From the human T2T-CHM13v2.0 reference genome, Homo sapiens: a stretch of 64,000 bases of DNA. Below the pieces are notes generated by a model. It was not told where the DNA came from. It did not search any database and worked only from the letters and a program-made list of their open reading frames with translations. Location: the NCBI RefSeq assembly GCF_009914755.1, contig NC_060928.1. One strand, written 5' to 3'. The position numbers were made by a program, and so were the translations under genes. Positions 1-12,539 of the stretch are shown piece by piece (position 1 is the stretch's first letter; every line of letters begins with the position of its first letter).

Positions 1-203
1 CGGAGGGAAAGGGAATCCTGCCTCCAGGTGGTCTCTGGGCTCCAGATTCAGCATCATCTCTTCTCTTTTCTTCATCTCTTCTCTGGCTCTCCAGCCTGCA
101 GCCTGCCAGTCCCCACAATCGTGTGGGCCAATTCATTATAATACATCTCTCCCTCTCATGTATCGTATCTTACTTCTTTCTCCGGAGAACCCCGACGACC
201 ATA
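1..203 (+). mobile_element. MLT2-type ERVL LTR, 3' part (cut by window edge)
   Basis: gccagtccccacaatcgtgtgggccaattc...ctccggagaaccccgac resembles the MLT2 3' end (cccacaatcgcgtgagccaattcc...ctggagaaccctgactaataca). Confidence 0.7.
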
Positions 204-418
204 ATGGCTTATACAACAACCTTTATTTCACTTACAATTTCCGGGCTCGCAGTTTGAGCTGTCTTCACTGGGGCAGGCCTGATCTTCTGGGCCGGACTCA
301 GCTGATCTGGACTGGGCTCATTTGTGCAATTTGAGCTGGCTTCATTGGGGCAGGCCTGATCTTCTGGGCCAGACTCAGCTGATCTGGACTGGGCTCATTC
401 ACACATCTGTAACTGTCA
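204..418 (-). mobile_element. MLT1 (MaLR) LTR fragment containing a 77-bp tandem duplication (about 253-410)
   Basis: tggcttatacaacaacctttatttcacttacaatt is typical of antisense MLT1; tttgagct..gggcaggcctgatcttctgggcc.gactcagctgatctggactgggctcatt occurs at 253 and 330. Confidence 0.6.
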
Positions 419-420
419 TT

Positions 421-716
421 TGTTAGTCAAACATTTAAACGATTTGCAAAAATGTGAAACAATTTCCCTTTTCTCACCAATTTTTGAGGGGTTTGGAAAA
501 TATAATTATTTTTCATAAAATGTTATTTACATTAAAATGTGTTGGTCTTAATATTATTTTAAATGAGTTGATAAATATTTTTTTACATTTCCCATTTTGG
601 TATTCAATAAAGTAAATATAGATAGACATGACCCATGTGAATAAAAGCTGTTAAGTGTCCTCAATAATTTGAACTGTGTAAAGGGGTCCTAAGAATGAAA
701 AGTTTGTGAATCACTG
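421..716 (+). mobile_element. Charlie1 (hAT) DNA transposon terminal fragment
   Basis: gatttgcaaaaatgtgaaacaat...tcctcaataattt...aaggggtcctaagaatgaaaagtttgtgaatcactg matches the Charlie1 end and TIR. Confidence 0.8.
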
Positions 717-889
717 CTCAATACATGTCATCTGGAAGCAGCTAGTGTAGGATCCAGCCTAAATCTCCACGGCGTGAGGAAAGCCATGGCCATCCGGACC
801 TCCTTTAGCAGTGATCAATGTCATCCATTACGTAAAACCTATTGAGGGTTTGCTATGTGCCAGAAAGGCGAGGTTTGCTGTGTATGCAG

Positions 890-1210
890 GAGCCAGGTCA
901 TGGGAAGATTTGCAAACTTCACTAGGGCTTCAGCTTCACTTAGAAAGAAAAAAAAGTGACTGAAGTATTTTAACGAAGAGAATGATGTGTCTCGATTTAT
1001 ATTTTAGGAAGGTGATTACGAGGCTGTGTCTTTGATGGAATGAAGCCAATAAGGCTGCAGCCAAGAAGATCAGTTGGAGCTTTTAGCTGAAATCCAGGTG
1101 AGAAGAGATTAAGGCCTCCTAAATTAAGGCAGGAACAGAAGGAAAAGAAAGAAGAGCTTCCAGGAGCGATAAATGAGATAGATCTACTACACTGGGTGAC
1201 TAAATGGGCA
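890..1210 (-). mobile_element. L2 fragment
   Basis: gactgaagtattttaacgaagagaatgatgtgtctcgatttatattttaggaagg...aatccaggtgagaagaga is a degraded antisense L2 pattern. Confidence 0.55.
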
Positions 1211-1289
1211 CAAAAAAATGAACGGCATTTCCTTTCTCCAAAGGCAATTTTCCTCAAATTATTGACATTATCCGAAAGACATAAACAGG

Positions 1290-2195
1290 TATTTTTCAAA
1301 GGAAGATATACAAATAATCAATGAACATACTAAAATGTGTTCAGAAATCACTAGAATAAAAAAATGCAAGTATAAGCAATAAAATAAATTGTCTTTAACC
1401 AAATGGCAGTTTTTTTTTTAGCAACACCTGTTTTCAAAGATAGGAAAAGAGATATGCAAACATGTTTGACAGAAAACTGAATCAGTACAACCATTCTGAA
1501 AAGCATTTTAGAAGAATGTTTCAGGACTTCTAGGAATTTATCTTAAGAGAACACAGTTCATGTCATTTACCACGTTCTAATATACTATCTAACGGGCTTC
1601 TCTATGTTTACTGTAAGTCTCACCTACTGGAATATAAATACTGCAAGAACAAAGATGGAATCCCAAGCACATAGAAGAGTGCACAACACGCTGTAAGTGC
1701 TTCCTAACCCCACTGTAAGTGCTTCCTAACCCCACTGTAAGTGCTTCCTAATCCCCACTGTAAGCGTTTCCTAACCGCTTCCTAAATAAATAAAAGATGT
1801 AAGTACTTCCTAACCCCTTTCTAAATAAATAAAAGATGTCCACTAGGATTTACTTACCAAAGTGGTCACTATAGCATTACTTACAATGGCTAAACTGGAT
1901 AAATCTAAATGTTCATCAACGGGATACTGGTTAACAAAATAATGATGCCACTGCCATAGGAGGCAAAATCACATAATCATTAGAAAGCAAGTCATTAAGG
2001 ATGTTTAAGGCTATGAGAAAACATTCCCAATTTATTAATTGGGTAGAGAAGAATTAAAAAGTGTATATAGAGTAACATAGTAACCGTATTCAGAAATAGT
2101 AATAACACTAAAATGTTAACCATGATTACCTCTGGCTAGTGTGTTTATAGTCATTTTTATTTTCTTTTCTATGCTTTCCATATTTTCTATAACCA
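1290..2195 (+). mobile_element. Ancient L1ME 3' region, interrupted by an L2 fragment and a short tandem repeat
   Basis: aaggaagatatacaaataatcaatgaacat...; ctaaatgttcatcaacgggatactggttaa; aaaatgttaaccatgattacctctgg. Confidence 0.6.
1691..1840. repeat. 22-bp tandem repeat (ctgtaagtgcttcctaacccca, about 3.5 copies) followed by a duplicated taaataaataaaagatgt block
   Basis: Directly visible. Confidence 0.85.
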
Positions 2196-3892
2196 GGTAA
2201 ATAAAATTTTGAACCATCCCCATATGCCACAAAACTCCCTGAGTATATTTTATCACACAGCATGGTGTAATAATAATGTTTACAATAATAACATACAGTT
2301 ATTTTAAAAATATTACATTGTATTCAATATCCTCAATTTATAAAGAAGGAAAATCTCTGTGGTGGAAACATGGGTTTGATTAATCTCTATTTTTCCGTGT
2401 TCTTATTTCTAAATTCAGGAAGTGGGCAATGAACTCTTTAATGCTTTCCATCCTGGCAAGTTAAAATTTTAAAATGTTGAAGTTCTCTAAAGGTAACCTT
2501 CAATTACTTGTAAAAGTCATGTTTATGAAATACCTAGGTCTCCAATATTGCTGGTTAAATGAAACATTATTGCACATATTACAGAGGAAAAGGTATTTGT
2601 TTGACCTTTCGCAGTTTCAACACTGCAATTTAATATTGTATTTCACATACCATTCCAGCTGATCATATATTTTTAAAAATCGCAGTATTTTGAAAAGTCT
2701 ATCCTGCATTAGTATCCATTTATTGCATCAATTAGCATCAATGCATTATACGCAATACCTGAAAGTTTTATAAATATTTTAATAGTCTTACAACAGGGTT
2801 CCAAAATACATTATGAGAGAAAGAGGCTGGGAGTTTGCATGGCTGGCTCAGGCTTGCATAAGGGAGCATGCCCACACTGACACATCCAATGAAAGAAACC
2901 GCAGTGCCAAAACCACAAGGCAGGCTCATAACGGTCTGACTGCATGCTGAACTACGTGTTTCTTCATCAATACACTCTGCTGACTAGCTTTTTGTTAAGT
3001 TCATGAGAAGTGACAACATTTAATCCTACCATTTCGAGGAAGAGAAGCCATGTCTACCCGTTGATCTTTTAGTTGTCATGAAGGAAATTGAACTTCAGAG
3101 CTTCCATCTTGCCTTCATCATGGCTCTCACCACACAGATGCACCTGTGTGAGATGTCTTGAGCCGCAGAGACCAAGACATGCTCAGAATTCAGCCAGAAG
3201 CTGACATTATAAACGGCAGTAGACTCAGTCGCTTGATACAGTTGTTAAATTCAGATTTTGACCATCTGGTTCTTTTATTTTACCAGTCTGCGTGTGCTTA
3301 AGATATTATTCTACTATTAAATTGAAGGAATACCAGGTTCACAATAAATAATCCAAATAAATTTGTCCATAATGTGTATATTTGGCTCTGTCTGCTGAGC
3401 ATAGTACTTTGGCCCCGCTGATGCATCATCCAGGCATGTTTTTTGAATGTATTTTCTCCCCGTTTTCCCAGGCATCATGTTGTTCGCTAGCTCAAGGTGC
3501 ATACCTTATTCTTTTGGTAAGATAATTACAAAGAACCAGTCCTAACTCCTATTTCTGCATGTATGATGACCTACATAGGCAGATTGAAAGTAAAGGTAGA
3601 CATGGAATACCATGTTTTTAAATCTTTCAAAAATGCATTGATACTCTGGCAAGAAAGTAAGAAATATTAAGAATTATGAATCTAAATCAAGCCAGAAACC
3701 TGAAAAGGTAAGCAGAGCACTAAACCTATTTGTCATCATTGGGCATGTGGGAACTTGAGGAGTTTCAGCAACAACTTTTGTGGTCTGATGGGTGGGTGGT
3801 GACAAACAAAGACAAAAGCTCAGGCCAGCCCATTAGCCCACCCAGCTCTTCAAAAAGTGGGAAGCCTGAGGTCAGAGCAAAGATTAATCATT

Positions 3893-4170
3893 GTTTTCTT
3901 TCTTTTTTAAAAAAAGTTTAGAGTCAGGGTCACCCTGTTGCCCAGGCTGGAGTGCAGTGGTGCGATCACATCTTACTGCAGCCTCAAACTCCTGGGATCA
4001 AGCGATCCTACTGCCTCAGCCTCCTGAGTATCTGGGACTACGGGCACACACCACAACTGCCTATTTTTATGTATTTAGATAAGGGGTCTCAAACTCCTGG
4101 CCTCAAGCAATTCTTCGATCTTAGCCCCCTGAATAGCTGGCATTACAGGCATGAGCCACCAGGCCCAGCC
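3893..4170 (-). mobile_element. AluJ-type SINE with internal deletion in the left arm
   Basis: cccaggctggagtgcagtggtgcgatc...ttacaggcatgagccaccaggcccagcc. Confidence 0.9.
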
Positions 4171-4199
4171 ATCCAAAAAAAAAGGTACCCACATTTGCT

Positions 4200-4905
4200 A
4201 TTTAGAACATTCCAGAGGCCAAATGAAAGGAGACATCTCAACTCTGCTCCCAGGAAGCTAGGGCAGAGGCTTGACCAATCAGAGCTCTGGCCAGCTGTAG
4301 AACCTTGGCCAATCAGAGCACTGGCCAGCTCTAGGATCTTGGCCAATCAGAGCTCTGGCCAGCTCTAGGATCTTGGCCAATCAGAGCTCTGGCCAGCTCT
4401 AGGATCTTGGCCAATCAGTGCTCTGGCCAGCTGTAGGATCTTGGCCAATCAGAGCTCTGGCCAGCTCTAGGATCTTGGCCAATCAGTGCTCTGGCCAGCT
4501 CTAGGATCTTGGCCAATCAGAGCTCTGGCCAGCTCTAGGATCTTGGCCAATCAGAGCTCTCGCCAGCTCTAGGCTCTTTGCCAATCAGAGCTCTAGCCAG
4601 TTCTAGGATCTTGAGAAAGCAATGCCAAGCTCTGAGGAAAGTAGCGACTGTGTAAAGTCCATGCAGCAGTGGAGTTAAAGCACAGCAGGATCAGGCCAGC
4701 GATTGTCCACTAGCAGTGGTGCTAACCATGCGTTCTCAGCTGCCTAATTTCACTTAGTTTCCACACATTTTTTGAGTATGGATCTCCAGACGCGTGATTG
4801 ATTCTTCCAAATATAGTTCTAATAAATATTGCTTCTTCTGAATTTCTTACTTAAATTAGCCAGACTTTATTTCTGTTGTTTGCAACTGAGCACCTCGCTG
4901 ATACA
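4200..4905 (+). mobile_element. LTR33/LTR16-like ERVL LTR hosting the CCAAT minisatellite
   Basis: agctagggcagaggcttgaccaatcaga near the start; aataaa at about 4821; cttaaattagccagactttatttctgttgtttgcaactgag..ctgataca end. Confidence 0.6.
4273..4612 (+). repeat. 34-bp minisatellite, 10 copies (ggccaatcagagctctggccagctctaggatctt)
   Basis: Units start at 4273, 4307, 4341 ... 4579 with exact 34-bp period. Confidence 0.97.
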
Positions 4906-5474
4906 GTCTTCCCCCAAACTCTGAAATCTTCCATAACCAAGCCAAAGAATTCCATCGGGGGAGACGTCACCCAGGGAAGCTTAAATCTAAATAAAAGATA
5001 ATAATCTGGAAGAAAGCTTTCTCACAATTACAGCTGTTATGCACCAGGGACCTATCCAGGGTCCTGACCTTCCTTACAACTCATGGTCTCGAAAGCCTTG
5101 TGCTCCTCCACCTCCTGTCACGTATCTTCTTAAATCCTCATCCACACGACTGTGACTCATGACCACTGCAATAACTCATCTTAAACCTTCATGGTCCACT
5201 CATACCCTGAGTAATTCACACCAGGAAGAATTATCATGCTCATTTTCCAAATCATAAAGCCAAAATTACTTTAGTGGGTTGACAGTTGACAATGAAGAAT
5301 GCATCCTAGGAGTTCACAATTAACTTTGTGAAACTGGTAATTTGTTTCACTTTTTTGTCATAGTAGTATCCTCATTCTTTTTTAAAATAAATATATATTA
5401 AGCACGTACAGTGATCCCAGCACATTGCTAGGTGCTCTAATTGGCCTGAAGAAGTGGTCCTTGCATCAGGCGGT

Positions 5475-5640
5475 TCTGTAGTAGAACAAAGGTCTTAATT
5501 TGAGATCTAATTGATCCAGTTAATATGTGTGAGTTCAGACAACTCCCTTAATGCTTTAAGGCTCAGCTTCCTCATCTATAAATTAGCGTGATACTCATCT
5601 TCCCTGTCTGCCTAAGGGTTGTTGTAAAGATCAAATAATG
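5475..5640 (+). mobile_element. MIR
   Basis: gctcagcttcctcatctataaa...gggttgttgtaaagatcaaata is the MIR core. Confidence 0.7.
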
Positions 5641-6366
5641 ATTGTTGCCAGTAAAATCATAAAATGTTCTTCCAAGCACTTGGAAGGAAGAAACTTAAGA
5701 TTACTCTTGAATAATTAGATTGTGAAATCAAGACATAAAGACTCAGAACCAAGCTAGGTAATGTCTCCTTAAGAAAACAGAATGAATTGCACCCAGATCA
5801 GCAAAAATGAACAATAATCTCATTAATCACATGAAAAGACCTAATAATTGGATGTGCCAATAGTAAAATGGATTGTCAAAAAGTAAAAATAAAAAAGTCA
5901 GAAATGCAAACATTGGAAGAATTCTAGAGAGCTTTAGCTGAATGGCTTCAATAGAATGGTGACCTTAGTAAGGCCATCTGCATTACAGAGATGAAAACTT
6001 AGTAATGTTTTTAGCCTTATCTTTGCAAAGCAATCACCTAGAAATTTTTAGACTTCTAAAAAGTTCTGTCTACAGTGTGATGTTCAAATGGAAATTTTGC
6101 CAATGTGAGCATTGTGGGTTCACACTGGAAAATCTGTAATTTAAAATTAGTCTTGTAAGCTCAGCTTCTTTGAGCCCAATACTGAGAATGATTTTTTAAC
6201 AAAATCAGATTTCTGAGCCTACGAGATTGAGAGGAAGACTTAGGAGAGGAAGACTTAGGCAAGGAAGACTTAGGAAAAGAAGCCAACACTCTAAGTCTGA
6301 CATTTCAGGGCCAACTAATTCCTTATGTGACAACTCTTTTCTTTTGCACACTGAACCTAAACTTGA

Positions 6367-6510
6367 CTTTTTTTTCTTTTGAGACAGGGTCCCACTCTGT
6401 CATCCAGGCTGGAGGTCACTGGGGTGGGGCAATCACAGCTCACTGCAGCCTTGATCTCCCAGGCTCAAGTGATCATCCCATCTCAGCCTCCTGAGTAGCT
6501 GGGACAATAG
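6367..6510 (-). mobile_element. 5'-truncated old Alu (right arm only)
   Basis: tttgagacagggtcccactctgt...cctcctgagtagctggga; cttgactttt on both sides (TSD-like). Confidence 0.85.
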
Positions 6511-6679
6511 CTGAGCTTGACTTTTAAGAGTAGTTAATATTTGGATAAAAGGAGAACATGATAAGTGCAAAGTTATGTCATTGGTAAGCAAATGGAGATA
6601 AGAATCTGCTCAATGCATACAAGATTCAAAGAACAGACAACTCTGGCTTTTGCAAAGGAGTCAAAATGATGGAACTAGA

Positions 6680-6900
6680 AAGTCAGGGTGAGACCAAGTT
6701 CTGGAACACCTTAAATAGCAAGAGAAGGTGTTTGAAGTTAATTCAGTAGGTAATAAAAGTGACTGAAAGTTTTAAGCAAAGAATATCGTAATGTAATGGG
6801 TCTGGAGAGGTTATTAATATGGCACTGATGGGCAGGAGATGAGAATAACTCAAGGACAAAAGGCCAGTGAAGACATTACTGGAAAAAATCCAGCTGCAAA
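6680..6900 (-). mobile_element. L2 fragment
   Basis: gactgaaagttttaagcaaagaat...ggccagtgaagacattactggaaaaaatccag. Confidence 0.5.
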
Positions 6901-7403
6901 CTTACTTAGGATTTGACTGGGCGTGTTTGTTATTTCTGACCAGTGCCCCATTTTTCCTATGGGAAGAATGCTTTCCTTTATGTGGACACTGCTTCTTCTC
7001 ACTCTCCAACTGCATCTCCAACCCCATCCCTAGCTTCTGCTCATTGGTCAAAGATTAGACTCATGATCTCCACCAATGCCATCAAAGTCCTCCAGTGAGA
7101 TTTTTCCATTGATTCCTGTCTAAAAGTGAAGCCAGTCACCTTCTAGTCATACTTGAATGGTGCAGCTTAATTGTATGGAAAACTTATTCCAATACTATTG
7201 CAAAATGCTAGTCGCCTACTTTAGGAGCTGTTGTTGCTCCACTAGCTGCTTCGTTCTGCACATCATCCTACAATTTCCTTCTCTTCTCCTCATCCCAATC
7301 CAAGGACTCCCAATTATTTCCAATTCTCAACTAGCAGGTCACAACTTGCAACTTTTTATCCATGCTCATTTGAGACATTTTAGTTCAAAACATTGTTTTT
7401 CAA

Positions 7404-7696
7404 TTTTATTGTTTTTCAGATGGAGTCTTGTTCTGTTGCCCAGCCTGGAGTGCAGTGGTGCGATCTCGACTCACTGCAGCCTCGGCTTCCCGGGTTCAAG
7501 TGATTCTCCTGCCTCAGCCTCCTGAGTAGCTGGGACTACAGCCGCCCACCACCACACCTAGCTAATTTTTGTATTTTTAGTAGAGATGGGGTTTCACCAT
7601 GTTGGCCAGGCTGGTCTCGAACTCCTGAGCTCGTGATCCACCTGTCTCAGCCTCCCAAAGTGCTGGAATTACAAGCATGAGCCACCATGCCTGGCC
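7404..7696 (-). mobile_element. AluS, full length
   Basis: Complete dimer agatggagtcttg...gagccaccatgcctggcc; TSD-like tgtttttNaatttt on both sides. Confidence 0.95.
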
Positions 7697-7933
7697 TGTT
7701 TTTGAATTTTAATTAAGTCTGATACAAATTAATATTCTATTCTAAAATCTCATCAGTGGCAAAATAGTCTAATTACTATACCAAAGGAAAGTGATGAATT
7801 AGAATAAGCTTGTTATTAATGCCTTCAAGTTCCTTCCTTTTAATTTTCATATTTCTTACTTATTCCCTGCTGCACCTGCAGTCACAGCCATCTTCCTTAA
7901 TGTTTGTTTTATGTAATAATAGAAAGCTGTTTT

Positions 7934-8078
7934 CAGCTACTGGGGAGGCAGAGGCCAGGAGATCGCCTGAGCCCAGGAGTTTGAGACTGCAGTGAGCTAC
8001 AATCACACCACTGCATTCCTGCCTGGGCGACAAAGCAAGATCCTGTCTCTAAAAAGAATTATAAATAAATAAATAAAT
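7934..8078 (+). mobile_element. 5'-truncated Alu monomer (FLAM/AluJ-like)
   Basis: cagctactggggaggcagagg...gcccaggagtttgagactgcagtgagc; TSD agaaagctgtttt at 7921-7933 and 8082-8094. Confidence 0.9.
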
Positions 8079-8245
8079 GTGAGAAAGCTGTTTTAGCAAA
8101 ACTTCTCCCTCCAACTACATTTGGAGAAGTACGTGCATAGAGGTATTCCCAGGACTTCAATATTCTCAATGCCAGCATTCTCCACAGGCAATTCTTGAAT
8201 GCCTGACAAATTACAATGAGGAAGGAATCTATTCACCACCTAGAT

Positions 8246-8642
<397 letters not shown>

Positions 8643-8830
8643 TAGTCTCCAAATGTGATCTGGAGAATAAGACCACATTTGGAGACTGGTTAACCTACAA
8701 TATGTGTAGACAACACAATCCCAAATTCTTAAGTGGATACAATTTTCTCACTTATTTCTATTCTTTTCTTTTGCTCTTAAAATGCCTAGTGCCCAGGGTC
8801 TTCATTCCCCCTTCCGGTTGTGCAAAACCC

Positions 8831-8928
8831 TTTCCCCACCGTGACACCACTGTGGGACTGACCTGTCCGTAGTGCCACCCTTTCCCCGCCATGACACCAG
8901 AGTGGGGCCGACCTGTCCGTAGTGTCAC
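8831..8928. repeat. 50-bp tandem duplication (2 copies)
   Basis: tttcccc.cc.tgacacca..gtggg...gacctgtccgtagtg.cac at 8831 and 8881. Confidence 0.9.
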
Positions 8929-9431
8929 TTGTTCTCAGTGTGCTAATTTCTGTAAGTCAAAATATATCTATTTTCTGATGGTCCCCTGAGGATCCAAATA
9001 AGTAACATGCTAGTTTAATGAACTTGGCTGTTAATTGGTGATAATCATTTAATGGCTCCTCCATTCTTCATACAATATTGTATTTAAACAAATCTTCAGT
9101 GTCTCCACCCAGACAAATTACTTATATGTAAATGTACCCAGTGAGAGGACTTTCGTGTCACTTTCCCCAGATGACATCTCTTCTCTCTGTGCAGAGTCCT
9201 GACCCTATGCACAAGTGTGCAATGAATATCGTCATGTATAATGCATATATAAGACATTTGAATAAATGCTTAGATTATTTTGGATTCCTTAGTAAATGCC
9301 AGTTTTGATCATGAAAAGTAGACAGAACCTAGACAAAAAAAAAAAATACTGGCAGAAAAACCAAACAGCAACAATACTACAAACTCAGATGCACTGACAT
9401 CTGAGTAACAATGATAGCCTCAGTTCCTTAA

Positions 9432-9898
<467 letters not shown>

Positions 9899-10599
9899 AA
9901 AATTAATGGCATTTAAAAAATATTTACAATAGAAGAGCTTTTAAAACTATAAGCAGATTCTGGGCATTGGTTGTGAGCATCTTGTCCATCCAAAAAGAGC
10001 AGAAAATGGATCTGGGTTGACTTCACTGAGTCGCTTGAAACTCACAGAAAGATGACATGGAGCTACTGAGCCATGGTGTTAATGAGCATCACTTTCCACA
10101 GTTGCCTCTAGACAATGAGGCCAGATGCTCATGGTGCAGGATGGGTAATTAATGCCTCCAGTTGTCCCGTGTTTCCTGAGGAAACAATGTTTAAGAACTG
10201 CCACAAACTGCGCCTCACAGATTGGAGTAGCTAAGGAAGAAAACCTCAGAAGATTTTACGTCACTTTTTTTTTTTGAAAAGACACAGACCAATCTATTTA
10301 GAAAAATATTTTTATTATATGGGAAGCAAAATATTTTTTTTTCTAAAGCACCAAATGTACAGCATCCACTCAAGGGGAACAAAAGGTCTCCCAAACTCTC
10401 CAGCCTCACACTGGGGCTCAGCTCTCCGGTAACTTGATCCATTTGTAACTCCAGGCTCTTTCCACGAGTTGTCCTCTAATTCTATAAAATCCAGTTGTAC
10501 AGCCAGAGGAAAACTCAGAACAGGCACACAAATTTTTGTACTTTGGTTACTGAAAGGGATTTTGTCTTGTTAATCTTGAAGGATTGGCAGAGCAATTTT

Positions 10600-11300
10600 A
10601 TCACATTTTCTGAAAAAAATCTATACAGATTTAAGGTCGCATTCTGGATTTAATTGAAGTAACCTTTTGTACAATCTAGCTTTAATGAAGTGCAATGAAG
10701 TTAAACTCCGTGGGGGCCATTAATCTGAAACACTCCATTTAAGAACTACAAGGGGAGTTTTTAATAAACAGTGTGAACTAATGCCCATGTGGAAAGGTAA
10801 TTGAGAGGGAGCTGGTGTCTGGGCCAGATTGTTATTAAACCCTTATCACAGGTAAAGCTGAAACCCCAATGGCAAGCTGCTCTGTGATTTATCGTGCCCT
10901 TCTCATCCTAACTTTAAAGAAAAGGCTACGTTTAATAATGAAAAAATCCTGTGACTAAGCTATAAAATAACTGAGCAATTACTTAGAATAATTTATACAG
11001 TGCAATACATTGACCTTGCTTTAAGCATAAAATCTACAAAATAACTTTGGCCATAAAACTGTGAACTACTAAAAGTACTAAAGGTTTTAACCATTTTTAT
11101 TGGGTGGTGCCTGGGGGGACCATAAATACGTGTTACACTCTAATCACAGGGCTTAAGAAAATTCATAATTTTTTATCTTAAAATGGCTTTTTGAGAAAAG
11201 TTTTCTCAATTTGGCCAATTGCAAATCATGAAGTCTAATGCCGTTACTTTAAAAGGATTATATATAACGTCCACAATATTATTTCCCCATGTGTGAGTTC
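10600..11300. promoter_or_regulatory. Candidate developmental enhancer (homeodomain motif cluster in repeat-free DNA)
   Basis: TAATTG 10651 and 10798; TGATTTAT 10885; GGCCATAAAA 11049; TTTTTATTGG 11094; ACCATAAA 11119; TGACCTTG 11011; CTTATCA 10842; no recognisable TE. Function is inferred. Confidence 0.45.
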
Positions 11301-12539
11301 TGCCTCACTCTCTCTTTTGACTCCCAGCCATGGCTGATGAAGGAAAAATGGCAATAACTTTTCTGTATTACCTATTTAAATATTTACTCTTTTGAAAAAA
11401 GAAGGCAGTGGGATCTGTTGCAACAGAAAGGATTGATACTATCTCCCAGCCCACTGAGACAAGGATGCGTCTATTTCTGGGTAAGTAAATACATTCCTCC
11501 CCTCAGCAACGCACAGTCAATGTTTCCACTTTCCACAGTGGCTTTCAACAGCAAAGTTCAGCCTTTACTCCAAACTGGCATCAGAGCAGGACATAACCAA
11601 GCATAACATATGACTCTCATTGCCTTCAATTTTTCAATCACTGCAGCTGAGCAAACACGTTTTCCCTGAAGGCTTTGAATCATGGAATTATCCCCACAGA
11701 TCGTCTTCCAGTTGACTTTAATTCCACTAAATCCAGTCGATTTCTGCAAGATTGGAATATCAGCACATTGACACCCTGTGGAAACAAATTTTCAAGGCAG
11801 CAACTTTTGACACAAAACTATTTATTCCTAAGGTTTATCTTGCTTCACCCCTGATAAAATGAGCCAGTTTAGCTCCCAAAGGAAAACAAAGCCACAGGAT
11901 GTTGTCCCTGGGTTGGCTAAACAGAGATACTTGCGGGAAACCTCACAGACAAAAATACTGCCTGAATATACCATCTTTGTTACTCGTAGAGCTACAGGCA
12001 TCAGAAAGTTACTGCATGGAAGCAAAAAGGTTTTATGGTATAATGCAGTAATCCATGATTAAATCTCTTAAATATATCATCTGAAGGTTCATTAAAAGAC
12101 TGGGGCACAGGATGGGACATAGGAGATGATCTGGGAGTTCCAGTCCCGGTGATGCCCTTCAGAAAATGAGCCCCAGGGACCTCAGGGAGGTGTGGCCTCC
12201 ATTCAGGTTATCTGAGCTAGGGACTGGCTAGAGTTGCATGCGGTCACAGAAATGGAGGATAGTGTACTGCAAAAAGGAAAAGACAGCACCATTGTTCAGA
12301 ACATGGCCCTGTTGCTGGGTCTCCAGAAGGCAAAATGAGCTTCAGAGGAACAACACAGCCATGAATAAAAGCCTGATTTTTCACCAGCCCACAGACCAGC
12401 CAATCTCCAGCTGGAGCCCAATTCATACAGGAGAAAGCAGCCTTTCTGGTGAGGGACCATGTAGCTGTCTTCTTCTAGGAATGGGGAATTGCCTTAGGAA
12501 AGAGACTAAAATTTCAACATTTAGCTCTACACACCCTCA

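Noticed and set aside
4273-4612. 34-bp (also the 33-bp and 28-bp) repeats as CRISPR arrays
   Set aside because: Head-to-tail units with no unique spacers, no cas genes, and primate Alu/L1 context
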